The notes: generated from the sequence alone by a model not told the origin. A stretch of DNA of 64,000 bases from an uncultured virus (IMG/VR IMGVR_UViG_3300009157_000004) (IMGVR_UViG_3300009157_000004), one strand, 5' to 3'. Shown: positions 37,722 through 46,453, counted from the first letter of the stretch. Translations and numbers: made by a program.

Positions 37722-37981
37722 GCAATCTGAATCTGGATGCACAGTCTAAGCATTATGATATCGGCGGCGTATCAGTCCTCGACGTGATCAAGGTCAAACT
37801 CAGCGGTGCTAATCTCGATCCATATGAGGGCTTCCTGCTCGGCAACATAATTAAGTACGCACTCAGGTTGCCTTATAAAGGTACACCTTACCGTGATGCG
37901 GAGAAGATCGAAATCTATGCACAGAAACTAATGGAAGAATTGAAAGATCTTGACAACCCTACTAATCAAACAGTAGACTAG
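37718..37981 (+). CDS. DUF3310-like protein
   Basis: HYDIGGVSVLDVI...GFLLGNIIKYALR..YKG...DAEK. Confidence 0.75.
   Translation: MSNLNLDAQSKHYDIGGVSVLDVIKVKLSGANLDPYEGFLLGNIIKYALRLPYKGTPYRDAEKIEIYAQKLMEELKDLDNPTNQTVD
37950..37979 (+). promoter_or_regulatory. sigma70-type promoter
   Basis: TTGACA-N18-TAGACT, sharing CTTGACAACnCTAC and TAGACTA with the promoter at 27215. Confidence 0.7.
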
Positions 37982-37985
37982 GGCT

Positions 37986-38053
37986 TTGAGCAGCCGGGTT
38001 CCCCCTCCTCCAACCTGATACCCAGGTTCCCGCAAGGGCGGCTGCTTCTCAAC
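37986..38053 (+). ncRNA. candidate structured small RNA with C-rich anti-SD loop
   Basis: GAGCAGCCG/CGGCTGCTT closing stem, CCCCCTCCTCC tract, CCC-GCAA-GGG tetraloop hairpin. Confidence 0.5.
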
Positions 38054-38081
38054 TAAACTGAATGTTTTTGAAATAATATCC

Positions 38082-38225
38082 TGCTGTTCGGGAGAGGCAT
38101 TAAGCCCGAAGGTGAGCAGTAAATATAAGATAAGATAGAATAGTACAACTGTTTTACTTATGTTTATAAAAGCCGCTTTAAGTGGTTTCCTTTGGGTGCG
38201 CTCAAAGTGCCTCTCCCGAACAGCA
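38082..38225 (+). ncRNA. candidate multi-stem structured RNA
   Basis: perfect 18-bp inverted repeat TGCTGTTCGGGAGAGGCA/TGCCTCTCCCGAACAGCA enclosing three further stems. Confidence 0.6.
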
Positions 38226-38239
38226 TGATCGGTAGTAAG

Positions 38240-38340
38240 CTGGCAGTGGCGGAATGGATACGCAGGTCGGATAAATAGAGCAGGACAAATGTAAAAGACC
38301 ATCGGCCTCCTGCACACAGGTTCGAATCCTGTCTGCCAGT
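38240..38340 (+). tRNA. tRNA-like element with aberrant, enlarged anticodon region
   Basis: acceptor CTGGCAG/CTGCCAG, D arm GCG-GAATGGATA-CGC, T arm ACAGG-TTCGAAT-CCTGT; no canonical 7-nt anticodon loop, no encoded CCA. Confidence 0.65.
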
Positions 38341-38365
38341 ATTCTTTAACCAAGGAGCGACTTAG

Positions 38366-38806
38366 TTGACAATCGACTGGCAAGGAGTTTCAAAACGATG
38401 TGGCTTCAACGATATCCGGGAACTGATAATAGTCAAATACTATCTGGAGGAGAAGTCAATCGAACTCTGCGCAGAAGAGTGCGCCGTAGATCCACGCTCT
38501 TTCGGGCACCTGATGGAATACGAGAACTTCCCTCGTCGCGGCGCACATCGGATTATTAAGCACGGTTTCTACTGTCAGGTCTGCGGCAAACATCGAGCCT
38601 GGCACGATCTTAAATTCGTCCGGAATGCCGAGTGCACCCCGGATAAACCTTACAGCGCGCACTTTCTCTGTCACTGGTGCGCCAGAAAGTATAAGAAAGG
38701 AGGAACGAGAGAGGGCCAAACGCCCAAGATACGCAAAGAAGAGCTTGAACTGATCGAGCGTGAGTTAGCTGAAAAGCATCAAGATGTAAAATTCGATAAC
38801 TATTAA
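38366..38806 (+). CDS. putative DNA-binding protein (HTH-like plus zinc finger)
   Basis: AAGGAG RBS with TTG start; SIELCAEECAVD helix, CQVC...CHWC. Confidence 0.6.
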   Translation: MTIDWQGVSKRCGFNDIRELIIVKYYLEEKSIELCAEECAVDPRSFGHLMEYENFPRRGAHRIIKHGFYCQVCGKHRAWHDLKFVRNAECTPDKPYSAHFLCHWCARKYKKGGTREGQTPKIRKEELELIERELAEKHQDVKFDNY

Positions 38807-38819
38807 TAGGAGAATAAAC

Positions 38820-39584
38820 ATGAGTGAAGAAGTAAAAGCCATATCGTTGAATCCTGATGATTTCGTCGCAGGAGGACTGATTGATGACATCATCGCAAAA
38901 TTGCAGCACTCTTTCGTGATGTACGATTACGAAGGAAAAGCAGACGCTCCGGCCCCGTGCCTCAAGCTGGAGATGGTCGATAACGAATCGGGCGAGGAGT
39001 ACCCGGTCCAGTATCTCAGCGCGGGAAGTGCCCAGAACTGGGTCCCGAGCGATGATGCAAAAACACTGGTCCCGGTTGGCAGCAAAACCGCCATGACCAA
39101 GAACTCCAATCTGGCCATCTATTTGACCGAGATGATCAATGCCGGCTTCCCCAAGAACCAGCTGACCACATCTATTGCTTGCTTGGACGGAGTAGTTGCG
39201 CACATGATACGCAAAGAGCTCCCCAAGAGAGGCAACGTGTCTCAGACCCAGACCGGCAAAGATGGCAAAGAGTATGCGAAGTCGATCCTCGTCCCGGATC
39301 GTATCGTCAAACTGCCCGGAGAGAAGGCAGGCGCAGTCAAGGGTAAGAAGACCGCAGCGACAGACGATGCAGTGAAGGAAGCCGCGACTACATTCGTGCT
39401 CGAACTGCTGGGTGAGAAGAACGGCAAGTTCCAGAAGAAAGAGATCCCGGCAGCGTTGGTGAAGGTTCCGGTCGCAGTCAGGCCGCAGGTAATGGCGATG
39501 GTATATGCCAATGATAAGTTCCTGTCCGAGGGCGGCGGTGGACTGTGGACTTACGCGAACGGAGAAGTGAAGAGCGTAGGGTAA
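38820..39584 (+). CDS. hypothetical replication-module protein (possible ssDNA-binding protein)
   Basis: 254 aa, strong RBS, GC3-biased codons, location among recombination genes; function is a guess. Confidence 0.6.
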   Translation: MSEEVKAISLNPDDFVAGGLIDDIIAKLQHSFVMYDYEGKADAPAPCLKLEMVDNESGEEYPVQYLSAGSAQNWVPSDDAKTLVPVGSKTAMTKNSNLAIYLTEMINAGFPKNQLTTSIACLDGVVAHMIRKELPKRGNVSQTQTGKDGKEYAKSILVPDRIVKLPGEKAGAVKGKKTAATDDAVKEAATTFVLELLGEKNGKFQKKEIPAALVKVPVAVRPQVMAMVYANDKFLSEGGGGLWTYANGEVKSVG

Positions 39585-39596
39585 CAAAAGCTGGAG

Positions 39597-39707
39597 AGGC
39601 TAATGTTTTGGGGACATTAAAGTAGCCTTGCTTGGCGGCGAGTGCCGGAATGCCTATATTATGTGGGGGCTTTATCGGAGGTCGATGACCGAACTCCGGC
39701 ACTTTTT
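39597..39707 (+). terminator. structured intergenic element ending in terminator-like stem and T tract
   Basis: AGGCTA/TAGCCT hairpin then AGTGCCGGA/TCCGGCACT stem followed by TTTT. Confidence 0.5.
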
Positions 39708-39721
39708 AACAAGGATCGAAT

Positions 39722-39901
39722 ATGCAGACCAATCATTTCACAGTCTATCTATCAATCGAACGCAGAGCTGTTGTACTTTGTAACAAGGGTCGGTCTATTG
39801 CGCGTTTCACCAACCCTGATGAAGTAGAGCGTCTCTGTTCCGAGATGTTGAAGTATGCGAAGGAAGTGCGTGAGAACGCAAACGGTAAAAAGTTAGAATG
39901 A
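39722..39901 (+). CDS. hypothetical protein (59 aa)
   Basis: AAGGA RBS, MQTNHFTVYLSIERR...GKKLE*; below ORF-track cutoff. Confidence 0.55.
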   Translation: MQTNHFTVYLSIERRAVVLCNKGRSIARFTNPDEVERLCSEMLKYAKEVRENANGKKLE

Positions 39902-40929
39902 GGAGGGAGGATATGCCAATACCACAAATAGAAAACTGTTCAAATTGTCGCCACAGATCCACTAACCCGGAAGCGAGATGGTGCCTGTTTATAGGCGATT
40001 GCGTAGGGAATGATAAATGGGAACTAGCCAAGCCTGAGACAGACGTGGTGTCTGCTCGGAACTACCATGACTGCGGAACTTGTAGGCACAGTTTTTTACA
40101 TAACCGCGGGATAAATATATGCCGCTGTGTCGCAGAATGCTGTGCTACCCCTACTAAAGATAGATGGCAGCCTTACGAACCTGACAGGGTTGTAACCGCA
40201 GAGGTCACAGGTGCCTGGATAGACAAAGCACCTCGGATACATACTCCGCAAGAGATTCGGATAGCTGAAAGTAAAGAGGACCTGAAACTGTACACAGGAG
40301 CGCGTGGAGGCGGTACTAAGTCTACTCTTAGCCCGCCCAGGTTTAACTCTGCAATCACTACGCGTTTTGGAGCACCTGAGCTCGAAACCTTCTATGTATT
40401 CCTCTACGACGAGAAGCGCAGGCCCCGTGTCACAATCTGCTATCTGTTCGATGGTGCTTATTATCATCGCGGTATCGCGATCTGTGCACCTGAAGATTAC
40501 GGCAAGTTTACTAAGAAAGAGGGTAGAATACGCGCTCATCGCCGTGCTGCCATTGCGCATTACAGATTTAAAAATTCAGGCAGAACTGAACCTGAAGGAA
40601 AGATTCGAAAGGAACTCCGAAAGCTATGGGCTATTCTTCCAGGAGCTATCCCCTCCGCTACCTTCAGATTTAAATATCTTCCTCAAATCAAATGGTCTGA
40701 GTTGGCCCCCTGGGAACGGGAATCTATTAGCCGCCAGTGGAAGGCACAAAAGGTTAAAGCCCAGACGGTGTTCCAGACCAGATTGATCAGCACCTGCTGC
40801 GGCGCACCTGTTCGCGTCGAGACGGGTAACGATTTCTTTGGCCATAAATCCAAACCGGACATCTGTACTGCCTGGTACGTCTGCGAACTCTGCCACAATC
40901 CCTGCGATTTCCTAGTGGTGTCCGCATGA
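39898..40929 (+). CDS. mosaic Cys-rich hypothetical protein
   Basis: two CxxCRH...C..KxxW modules, central domain, C-terminal STCCGA...CELCHNPC ribbon. Confidence 0.65.
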   Translation: MRREDMPIPQIENCSNCRHRSTNPEARWCLFIGDCVGNDKWELAKPETDVVSARNYHDCGTCRHSFLHNRGINICRCVAECCATPTKDRWQPYEPDRVVTAEVTGAWIDKAPRIHTPQEIRIAESKEDLKLYTGARGGGTKSTLSPPRFNSAITTRFGAPELETFYVFLYDEKRRPRVTICYLFDGAYYHRGIAICAPEDYGKFTKKEGRIRAHRRAAIAHYRFKNSGRTEPEGKIRKELRKLWAILPGAIPSATFRFKYLPQIKWSELAPWERESISRQWKAQKVKAQTVFQTRLISTCCGAPVRVETGNDFFGHKSKPDICTAWYVCELCHNPCDFLVVSA

Positions 40930-41111
40930 CCATACCACGATATGTAATCGAGGATGCACTTAAGCAATGGCCTGAAATCGACATCACACAGTTACGTTGC
41001 GGGTGCGCAGATTGCCCCCAGAATACAGCTTGCGAACTTGCCTGGGATCTTTACAACTGTTATACCGAAGATGGATCAGTAATTGATACTGGTTGTCTAT
41101 GTGAAAAATAA
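40926..41111 (+). CDS. small Cys-rich protein
   Basis: CGCADCP...CELAWDLYN...CLCEK. Confidence 0.6.
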   Translation: MTIPRYVIEDALKQWPEIDITQLRCGCADCPQNTACELAWDLYNCYTEDGSVIDTGCLCEK

Positions 41112-41746
41112 TGAGATATCAACTAATCGAACTCCCGTTCCCGCACAAAGGCTCAGGCGTCCCCCGCTCTGGAGGCATCCACCTCACCGACATTATTAAG
41201 TTCATCGAAGAGGAGAACAATAAAGCATTCAAGGATGACGGCACCTGGGATTCAGAGATGACAATGGAAGCCGGGTTCATCTGGGAGCGCGCACTCGAAA
41301 TGGCCTACGCTGATCGGATGGCGATACGGCCTGACGAGATTATCTGCGACGGGATTGTGTGTAGCCCTGACGGAATAGGGATCGACAAGGATATCTATAA
41401 CCCAGAGACAGAGGAATTGCTGATCCAGGGTACAGGTAAGCTTACAGTTGAAGAGTATAAGTTCACCTGGAAGAGTACGGTCAAGAAGGAAGGGCAGCTG
41501 TTAATCGAAGTGCCCCCGACTGACAACTGGCGCTATATGACTCAGGTCAAAAGTTACTGTTACGCAGTCGGCACTGATGTTGTGATTATGCGGATCTTCC
41601 ATGTCAACGGTGATTACCGCACACGGAGGCCTATACCCCGGTTCTGCCGGATCTGGTTCACTAAAGAAGAGATCGAGTCGAACTGGGCAATGATATTGAA
41701 GTATCGAGATAAGATGTTAACCAAATTAAAAGGAGGAGCACAATGA
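41111..41746 (+). CDS. PD-(D/E)XK exonuclease
   Basis: SPDG...EEYKFTWKS...QVKSYC motifs. Confidence 0.8.
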   Translation: MRYQLIELPFPHKGSGVPRSGGIHLTDIIKFIEEENNKAFKDDGTWDSEMTMEAGFIWERALEMAYADRMAIRPDEIICDGIVCSPDGIGIDKDIYNPETEELLIQGTGKLTVEEYKFTWKSTVKKEGQLLIEVPPTDNWRYMTQVKSYCYAVGTDVVIMRIFHVNGDYRTRRPIPRFCRIWFTKEEIESNWAMILKYRDKMLTKLKGGAQ

Positions 41747-41985
41747 TTGAGGCAAAATCGATGAAGAAACACATAGCAGTAAAGGAGATTCCTTATTACC
41801 CTTGTTTAAAGATTGCCGCAGACGGCTGTATCGTACTTTTTACAACTCTTACCACAGGGGTATGTCTTAAAGAAGGCGATGGAAGCTGCAACCATCCTGG
41901 GATAGTCGGGGAGATCGACGAATGGGAATACGAAGATTTCACGTTATACACCGGAATGCTCGGATTATCGAATAGGAGGGAATAA
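41743..41985 (+). CDS. hypothetical protein
   Basis: 80 aa, AGGAGG RBS. Confidence 0.6.
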   Translation: MIEAKSMKKHIAVKEIPYYPCLKIAADGCIVLFTTLTTGVCLKEGDGSCNHPGIVGEIDEWEYEDFTLYTGMLGLSNRRE

Positions 41986-42797
41986 TGGCTACTGCTAGAA
42001 CACGACTCATCGATGTCGGCTTCGAGCGCATGGAGGGCACCCCTATCACAGGGCTCTTTGTCACCACGATGGGCCATACTGATATGGGCAAGACTACATT
42101 CGGCCTCACTGCACCGGGGCCTATGCTGATATTCGACGGCGACAAGGGGCTCAAAGGTGTAGTAGAGAAGTTTATCGCCGAGGGCAAGGAGATCCACAGG
42201 TATTCGATCAACATGCCTGAGCTGCCCGAGACCAAGACAATCGTAGTCGATGACAAAAAGACCAAGAACTTAATCGCGATAGACCAGGAATCACTCAAGG
42301 CTGCGCAGGATGAATGGACGAAACTCCAGAAAGCGACAGATGCAGGCCTCGAAGATTCCTCAATCCGCACCTTATTCTATGATACAGGCTCGATACTCTG
42401 GGAGCTCTTCCGGTTATCCAAGTTCGGCAAAACCTTGCAGGTCCCGGCTTCGGCATACTCGGCGATAAACCCAGAGTTCACCCAATTTCTGAATAAGCTC
42501 AAGAAAGCCACTGAAGAGAAGCGTAAAAACATCATCATCTCTCATAAAATGCGGTCCGTGTATATCGAGGACAAGAAGACGAGCAGGTACGAGATGGCGG
42601 GGTTCGGGGGCCTGGATTACATCTCCGACATTATTGGCGAGATGCGCTGCGACAAAGAGACACATGAATATGGCCTCTTTCTGCACAAGTGCAAGCCCAA
42701 TGGATCGCTGAGATGGGAATTGTTTACCGGAGATATGTGCACCTTCCCGATGATCGCAACAATGGCGACCGGGCAGGATATTACGGAATGGATGTAG
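41985..42797 (+). CDS. AAA_24/Sak4-like P-loop ATPase
   Basis: GHTDMGKTT, IFDGDKG, LFYDTGS, IIISH motifs; next to exonuclease. Confidence 0.75.
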   Translation: MATARTRLIDVGFERMEGTPITGLFVTTMGHTDMGKTTFGLTAPGPMLIFDGDKGLKGVVEKFIAEGKEIHRYSINMPELPETKTIVVDDKKTKNLIAIDQESLKAAQDEWTKLQKATDAGLEDSSIRTLFYDTGSILWELFRLSKFGKTLQVPASAYSAINPEFTQFLNKLKKATEEKRKNIIISHKMRSVYIEDKKTSRYEMAGFGGLDYISDIIGEMRCDKETHEYGLFLHKCKPNGSLRWELFTGDMCTFPMIATMATGQDITEWM

Positions 42798-42809
42798 GGG
42801 GTCGGAGCG

Positions 42810-42983
42810 ATGGAACTCAGATGTGTCATCTGTGGTAGGGATTGTGGTGAGATAACCATCACCGGCAAGCAGCTGAAAGGTACAGAGCTGGTCATAATCT
42901 GCAAGTGTCATCTATGTAGATTGAAAGAGAAAGCAGAGATGCCCGGATTATTTGAGAGTTTATTTCCAAGGTTTAGATCCTAA
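42810..42983 (+). CDS. small zinc-ribbon protein
   Basis: GGAG RBS, MELRCVICG...CKCHLC...; below ORF-track cutoff. Confidence 0.5.
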   Translation: MELRCVICGRDCGEITITGKQLKGTELVIICKCHLCRLKEKAEMPGLFESLFPRFRS

Positions 42984-42993
42984 GGAGGATTAA

Positions 42994-43767
42994 GTGGATG
43001 CTGAAAATCGCCAACTAATCGACAACTATATCGCCAATGTGTATAAGCGCCTGACGCAGCCCGATCCCAAAATTACCAAGTCTCTGTGTATCGGAACCCC
43101 GTTCTACGAGCACAAAGCCTTCAGCCCTTACATCGCCTCACTCGTACGCCTACTCCAATGCTGCGCTGCGGCGAATATCCCAGTCTCTTCGGTTAACGTA
43201 GATGGGGACAGTTTCATCGACCGGTCGCGCAACACGATTATCTATATGTTCCTGGAGAGTGGGGCCACGGATCTATTATGGATTGATTCAGACGAATCCT
43301 GGGATACAGAGGGTGCGTTTAACCTGATCCGTTCCCCGGAAGATGTCGTATGCGCGGGTTATCCGAACAAGAACATCTGGGGCGAGATGGGTATAGTGCC
43401 CAAGATCTATGACGGAAAACTGGTACCTAATCTCTATGGCCAGATCGAGATAGAGCGGGGTATCGGGGGGTTTATGAGAGTCCGCCGGCATGTGTTTGAT
43501 CAGATCATAGCCGCAGACCCGACCCTATTCTATTTCGATACAGGTACGCACCAGCCCGGCCCATTCTACGATTTCTATGGCCCGATTCAGGATTATGAGA
43601 ACGGTGTGATCATTCGTGATGACTGGGCATTCTTCCGCAGATGGCAGAACAGGGGCGGCAAGATCTGGTGTCATCCGGATATAACAATTACGCATTATGG
43701 TACTGAGGGTAAGAAAGGCAATTATAAAGAATGGCTCGTAAAGCGTTCGAAAGGAGAGACCGCATGA
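42994..43767 (+). CDS. GT-A fold glycosyltransferase-like protein
   Basis: IGTPFY, DSFIDRSRN, LLWIDSD (DxD), GIGGFMRVRRHVF, DDWAFFRRW...H.G. Confidence 0.8.
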   Translation: MDAENRQLIDNYIANVYKRLTQPDPKITKSLCIGTPFYEHKAFSPYIASLVRLLQCCAAANIPVSSVNVDGDSFIDRSRNTIIYMFLESGATDLLWIDSDESWDTEGAFNLIRSPEDVVCAGYPNKNIWGEMGIVPKIYDGKLVPNLYGQIEIERGIGGFMRVRRHVFDQIIAADPTLFYFDTGTHQPGPFYDFYGPIQDYENGVIIRDDWAFFRRWQNRGGKIWCHPDITITHYGTEGKKGNYKEWLVKRSKGETA

Positions 43768-44051
43768 CACCCCTAACCTACGTACTTCACAATCCGGAGA
43801 GCGCTATCTTGATCGAGAGCATCCAGACAGGCTACCTTCTGCATACGTTTAATGCGGACGAGGCTGGAGAGATCATTCACGACCAGTATGCGTTTGACGT
43901 GCCCCCGGTATATATGAACGCGGCTAAGGTGCATACTGAGGCCCTGGTGGATCTCCTGTGGAATATACTTGACGCGTTAGGGGAGACAGGCTCAGATCAT
44001 TATGATTCGTATATACAGATTAAGACACGGAATGCGAGGAAGATTAAATGA
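43764..44051 (+). CDS. hypothetical protein
   Basis: AAGGAG RBS then MTPLTY. Confidence 0.55.
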   Translation: MTPLTYVLHNPESAILIESIQTGYLLHTFNADEAGEIIHDQYAFDVPPVYMNAAKVHTEALVDLLWNILDALGETGSDHYDSYIQIKTRNARKIK

Positions 44052-44392
44052 GTATCTGCTGGTATTGTTACTGGGGCTGGTCTAAACCGGTCGCTGATAT
44101 CTACACCCGGGCTCTAATTAAGCTTGATGGAGACGAGAGCGCGTTACACTACGGCCCCGCCCATGTTGTATGGGAGGATGAGAACTGGGATTGCGCTGAA
44201 GATTGTCTCAAAGACTTCGACCAGTACACTAACACTAACCATACCAACGAGGAATGGGAGATCGTGCGTGATTCTCTGAAAGAACTTATCCAGATCTCCA
44301 TAGAAATTCGTGATCCTGAACCGGAAGAGTATGACGGAGAACACCCCGAACAGTATCCTCCCGCACCAGGGATTGAAATGGTTCGATTATGA
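44048..44392 (+). CDS. hypothetical protein
   Basis: 114 aa, ICWYCYWGW and GPAHVVWEDEN motifs. Confidence 0.65.
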   Translation: MSICWYCYWGWSKPVADIYTRALIKLDGDESALHYGPAHVVWEDENWDCAEDCLKDFDQYTNTNHTNEEWEIVRDSLKELIQISIEIRDPEPEEYDGEHPEQYPPAPGIEMVRL

Positions 44393-45117
44393 TCCTTATC
44401 GACGACCGCAAGGGAAGCCGAGAACTCGCCCCTCTTATAAAGTCCCCGACTCAGTTAACCAGACTCGAATACGGGGATTTTGCTTTTATAGGCAACGGGG
44501 TATCAGGTCAGGTCAGCGTCGGCATAGAGCGCAAGACTATTCCAGATCTCGTCGCGTCAATCACTTCAGGTCGCCTCTCTGGTCATCAGCTCCTGGGCCT
44601 CACCGCCTCCTACGAGTTCGTTTACCTGTTAGTCGAGGGTATGTGGCGTCAGGGTCCCGATGGCGTACTCGAGATCCTTCAGGGCCGCAACTGGATCGAA
44701 TTCAACCTGGGATCTAACCGCTTTACCGCGAGGGAGATCAACAACTATCTCAATACCTTACGTATTATCTGCAATGTCGCGGTATGGCAGACGCCGAATA
44801 TACGTCAGAGTGCTCGATGGATCTCCGACTCCTATAATTGGTGGCAAAAAGATTATGACAAGCACCGGGCTCATTTAGCCTTTCACGAAACCGCCCCCCA
44901 GAATAATAAAGTAGTCTTGATCGCGCCGAATCTAATTCATCGGATCGCGAAAGAACTTCCTGACGTTGGATGGGAGAAAGGTAAACTGATCGCAGAGAAG
45001 TATAAAACCGTTGTTGAGTTGGCCTGCGCCACCGAAGAAGAGTTGATGGAGATCCCCGGAATAGGCAAGAAGATTGCTAAACATATTATTCAAGCGTTAA
45101 GGGGAGCGGAAGAATGA
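44389..45117 (+). CDS. ERCC4/XPF-family nuclease with HhH domain
   Basis: ILIDDR, LEYGDF, IERKT..DL..SI..GRL..Q, C-terminal IPGIGKK HhH. Confidence 0.85.
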   Translation: MILIDDRKGSRELAPLIKSPTQLTRLEYGDFAFIGNGVSGQVSVGIERKTIPDLVASITSGRLSGHQLLGLTASYEFVYLLVEGMWRQGPDGVLEILQGRNWIEFNLGSNRFTAREINNYLNTLRIICNVAVWQTPNIRQSARWISDSYNWWQKDYDKHRAHLAFHETAPQNNKVVLIAPNLIHRIAKELPDVGWEKGKLIAEKYKTVVELACATEEELMEIPGIGKKIAKHIIQALRGAEE

Positions 45118-45359
45118 ATACGATTAAATGTAAATACTGTGGAACTGTGATCAGGTGCATTTCCTGCGCGGATGGAATCTGCCCTGGGTGCGGGGCCGAT
45201 CTGGAGACTGAGGATGGCTGATCTAGGGCGATAAGCGTATTACTTATCTTGTTGATTATTTTAAATCTACTGCCGTGTATAATATTCTGGATCGGAAACC
45301 GGAAATAGTATACACGGCTTTTCGTTTCGGGGTTACGGAGAGCTAGTCTCCCCTAGGCG

Positions 45360-45569
45360 TTAAAAAGATAATACTTCTACCTGTCCCTGTCGTTTGCATT
45401 TTGGGCAGATGATTAAATGTTCGTCTGTCTGGTCACCGCCCTGTATTTCTGCCCCACATTTACAACGGAAAAATCTGAGTCTATCGATAAGTCCGCTACA
45501 GGATGGACATTTACCCTCGTCGCTATCCCACTTGCCACTAAATCCTTCACATTCTAAACATTTAGTCAT
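45360..45569 (-). CDS. small multi-CxxC protein
   Basis: CLEC, CPSC, CKC, CPKC. Confidence 0.6.
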   Translation of the reverse strand: MTKCLECEGFSGKWDSDEGKCPSCSGLIDRLRFFRCKCGAEIQGGDQTDEHLIICPKCKRQGQVEVLSF

Positions 45570-45925
45570 TTCCCTTCTCCTATCGCCTCGATTAAGGCAT
45601 CGGTTATGGCTGTGGCAAGGTTATTATCTTCATAGACAATAGGATTTCTTTCTTGTATTGTATATAGAATAACACAATCCAATAGTCCTGTAATTTTTAT
45701 AATAGCCTCATACCCTTTGTCTCTGCAAAACTTCTCCAACGCATCAATAGCCTGTTGGATGTTGGTGAAGGGGGAATAGTTCAAGACACTAACCATTACT
45801 TTATTATATTTATCAACCCAGCAATCGCAAGTACCTTGGATATTAACCTCTACTATAAATCGTCTTTCTTTATGCCACCCATGTATCTCGGTTGCTATTA
45901 AGTCAATCTGTTCTTGTATGGTCAT
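45566..45925 (-). CDS. phage ABA-sandwich-like protein
   Basis: IATEIHGW...YSPFTNIQQA...AITDALI; GGAGG RBS favours MTIQEQ. Confidence 0.6.
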   Translation of the reverse strand: MTIQEQIDLIATEIHGWHKERRFIVEVNIQGTCDCWVDKYNKVMVSVLNYSPFTNIQQAIDALEKFCRDKGYEAIIKITGLLDCVILYTIQERNPIVYEDNNLATAITDALIEAIGEGK

Positions 45926-46084
45926 TTTGTGCCTCCAATTTACGTAATTGTTTGCGTAACCGCCGGTTGTCTCTCCGTAACTCTGCTTCACGATCACGAA
46001 CTTCGAGAAAGCCAGAACAAGGAGGATGACACTCTAAACCGTGATTACACGGTATGGTTTTATAAATATACTCATTTCGTTTGG

Positions 46085-46453
46085 TCATTTCGGTTCTCCT
46101 CTTGGGCATTGAGGGCATCGAATACCCGGTTTACATTTAACGGTGTATTTATCTACAAAATGTAATTGCTCCGCACAAGTCCAATAGCCATTTTCTAGCT
46201 TATGACGTAGTGGACAAAAAATACTACAAGTTTTATCTTGGTTAAGTTCCGGTATCTTCACCTTAACCGTGAACTTATCTTCCTGCTCCTGCGCTTCAAT
46301 GAGGGCGAGGGCTTCTTTGGTTATATCTCTAATAATTATAAGACAATCTGCATCGGGGCTTATGCCAGATTTTGTCCAATGAAGTATTTGTATAAATTTC
46401 TCTTTAATCTTTTCCATGTGCCCCTTCTTCCCAGCAATGATCATCATATTCAT
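46085..46453 (-). CDS. hypothetical protein
   Basis: 122-aa ORF, Cys-rich C-terminus; start uncertain. Confidence 0.5.
   Translation of the reverse strand: MNMMIIAGKKGHMEKIKEKFIQILHWTKSGISPDADCLIIIRDITKEALALIEAQEQEDKFTVKVKIPELNQDKTCSIFCPLRHKLENGYWTCAEQLHFVDKYTVKCKPGIRCPQCPRGEPK

Noticed and set aside
37928..38383. 151-aa minus-strand ORF across the ncRNA cluster
   Set aside because: Opposes all neighbours and has no recognisable features; + strand promoter and RNA stems explain the region better.
38610..39587. 325-aa minus-strand ORF
   Set aside because: Antisense shadow of 38820..39584, which has a strong RBS and fits operon direction; no motifs.
41111..41746. Cas4 / CRISPR adaptation gene
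   Set aside because: PD-(D/E)XK motifs only, no clear four-Cys Fe-S set, and a recombination-module context.
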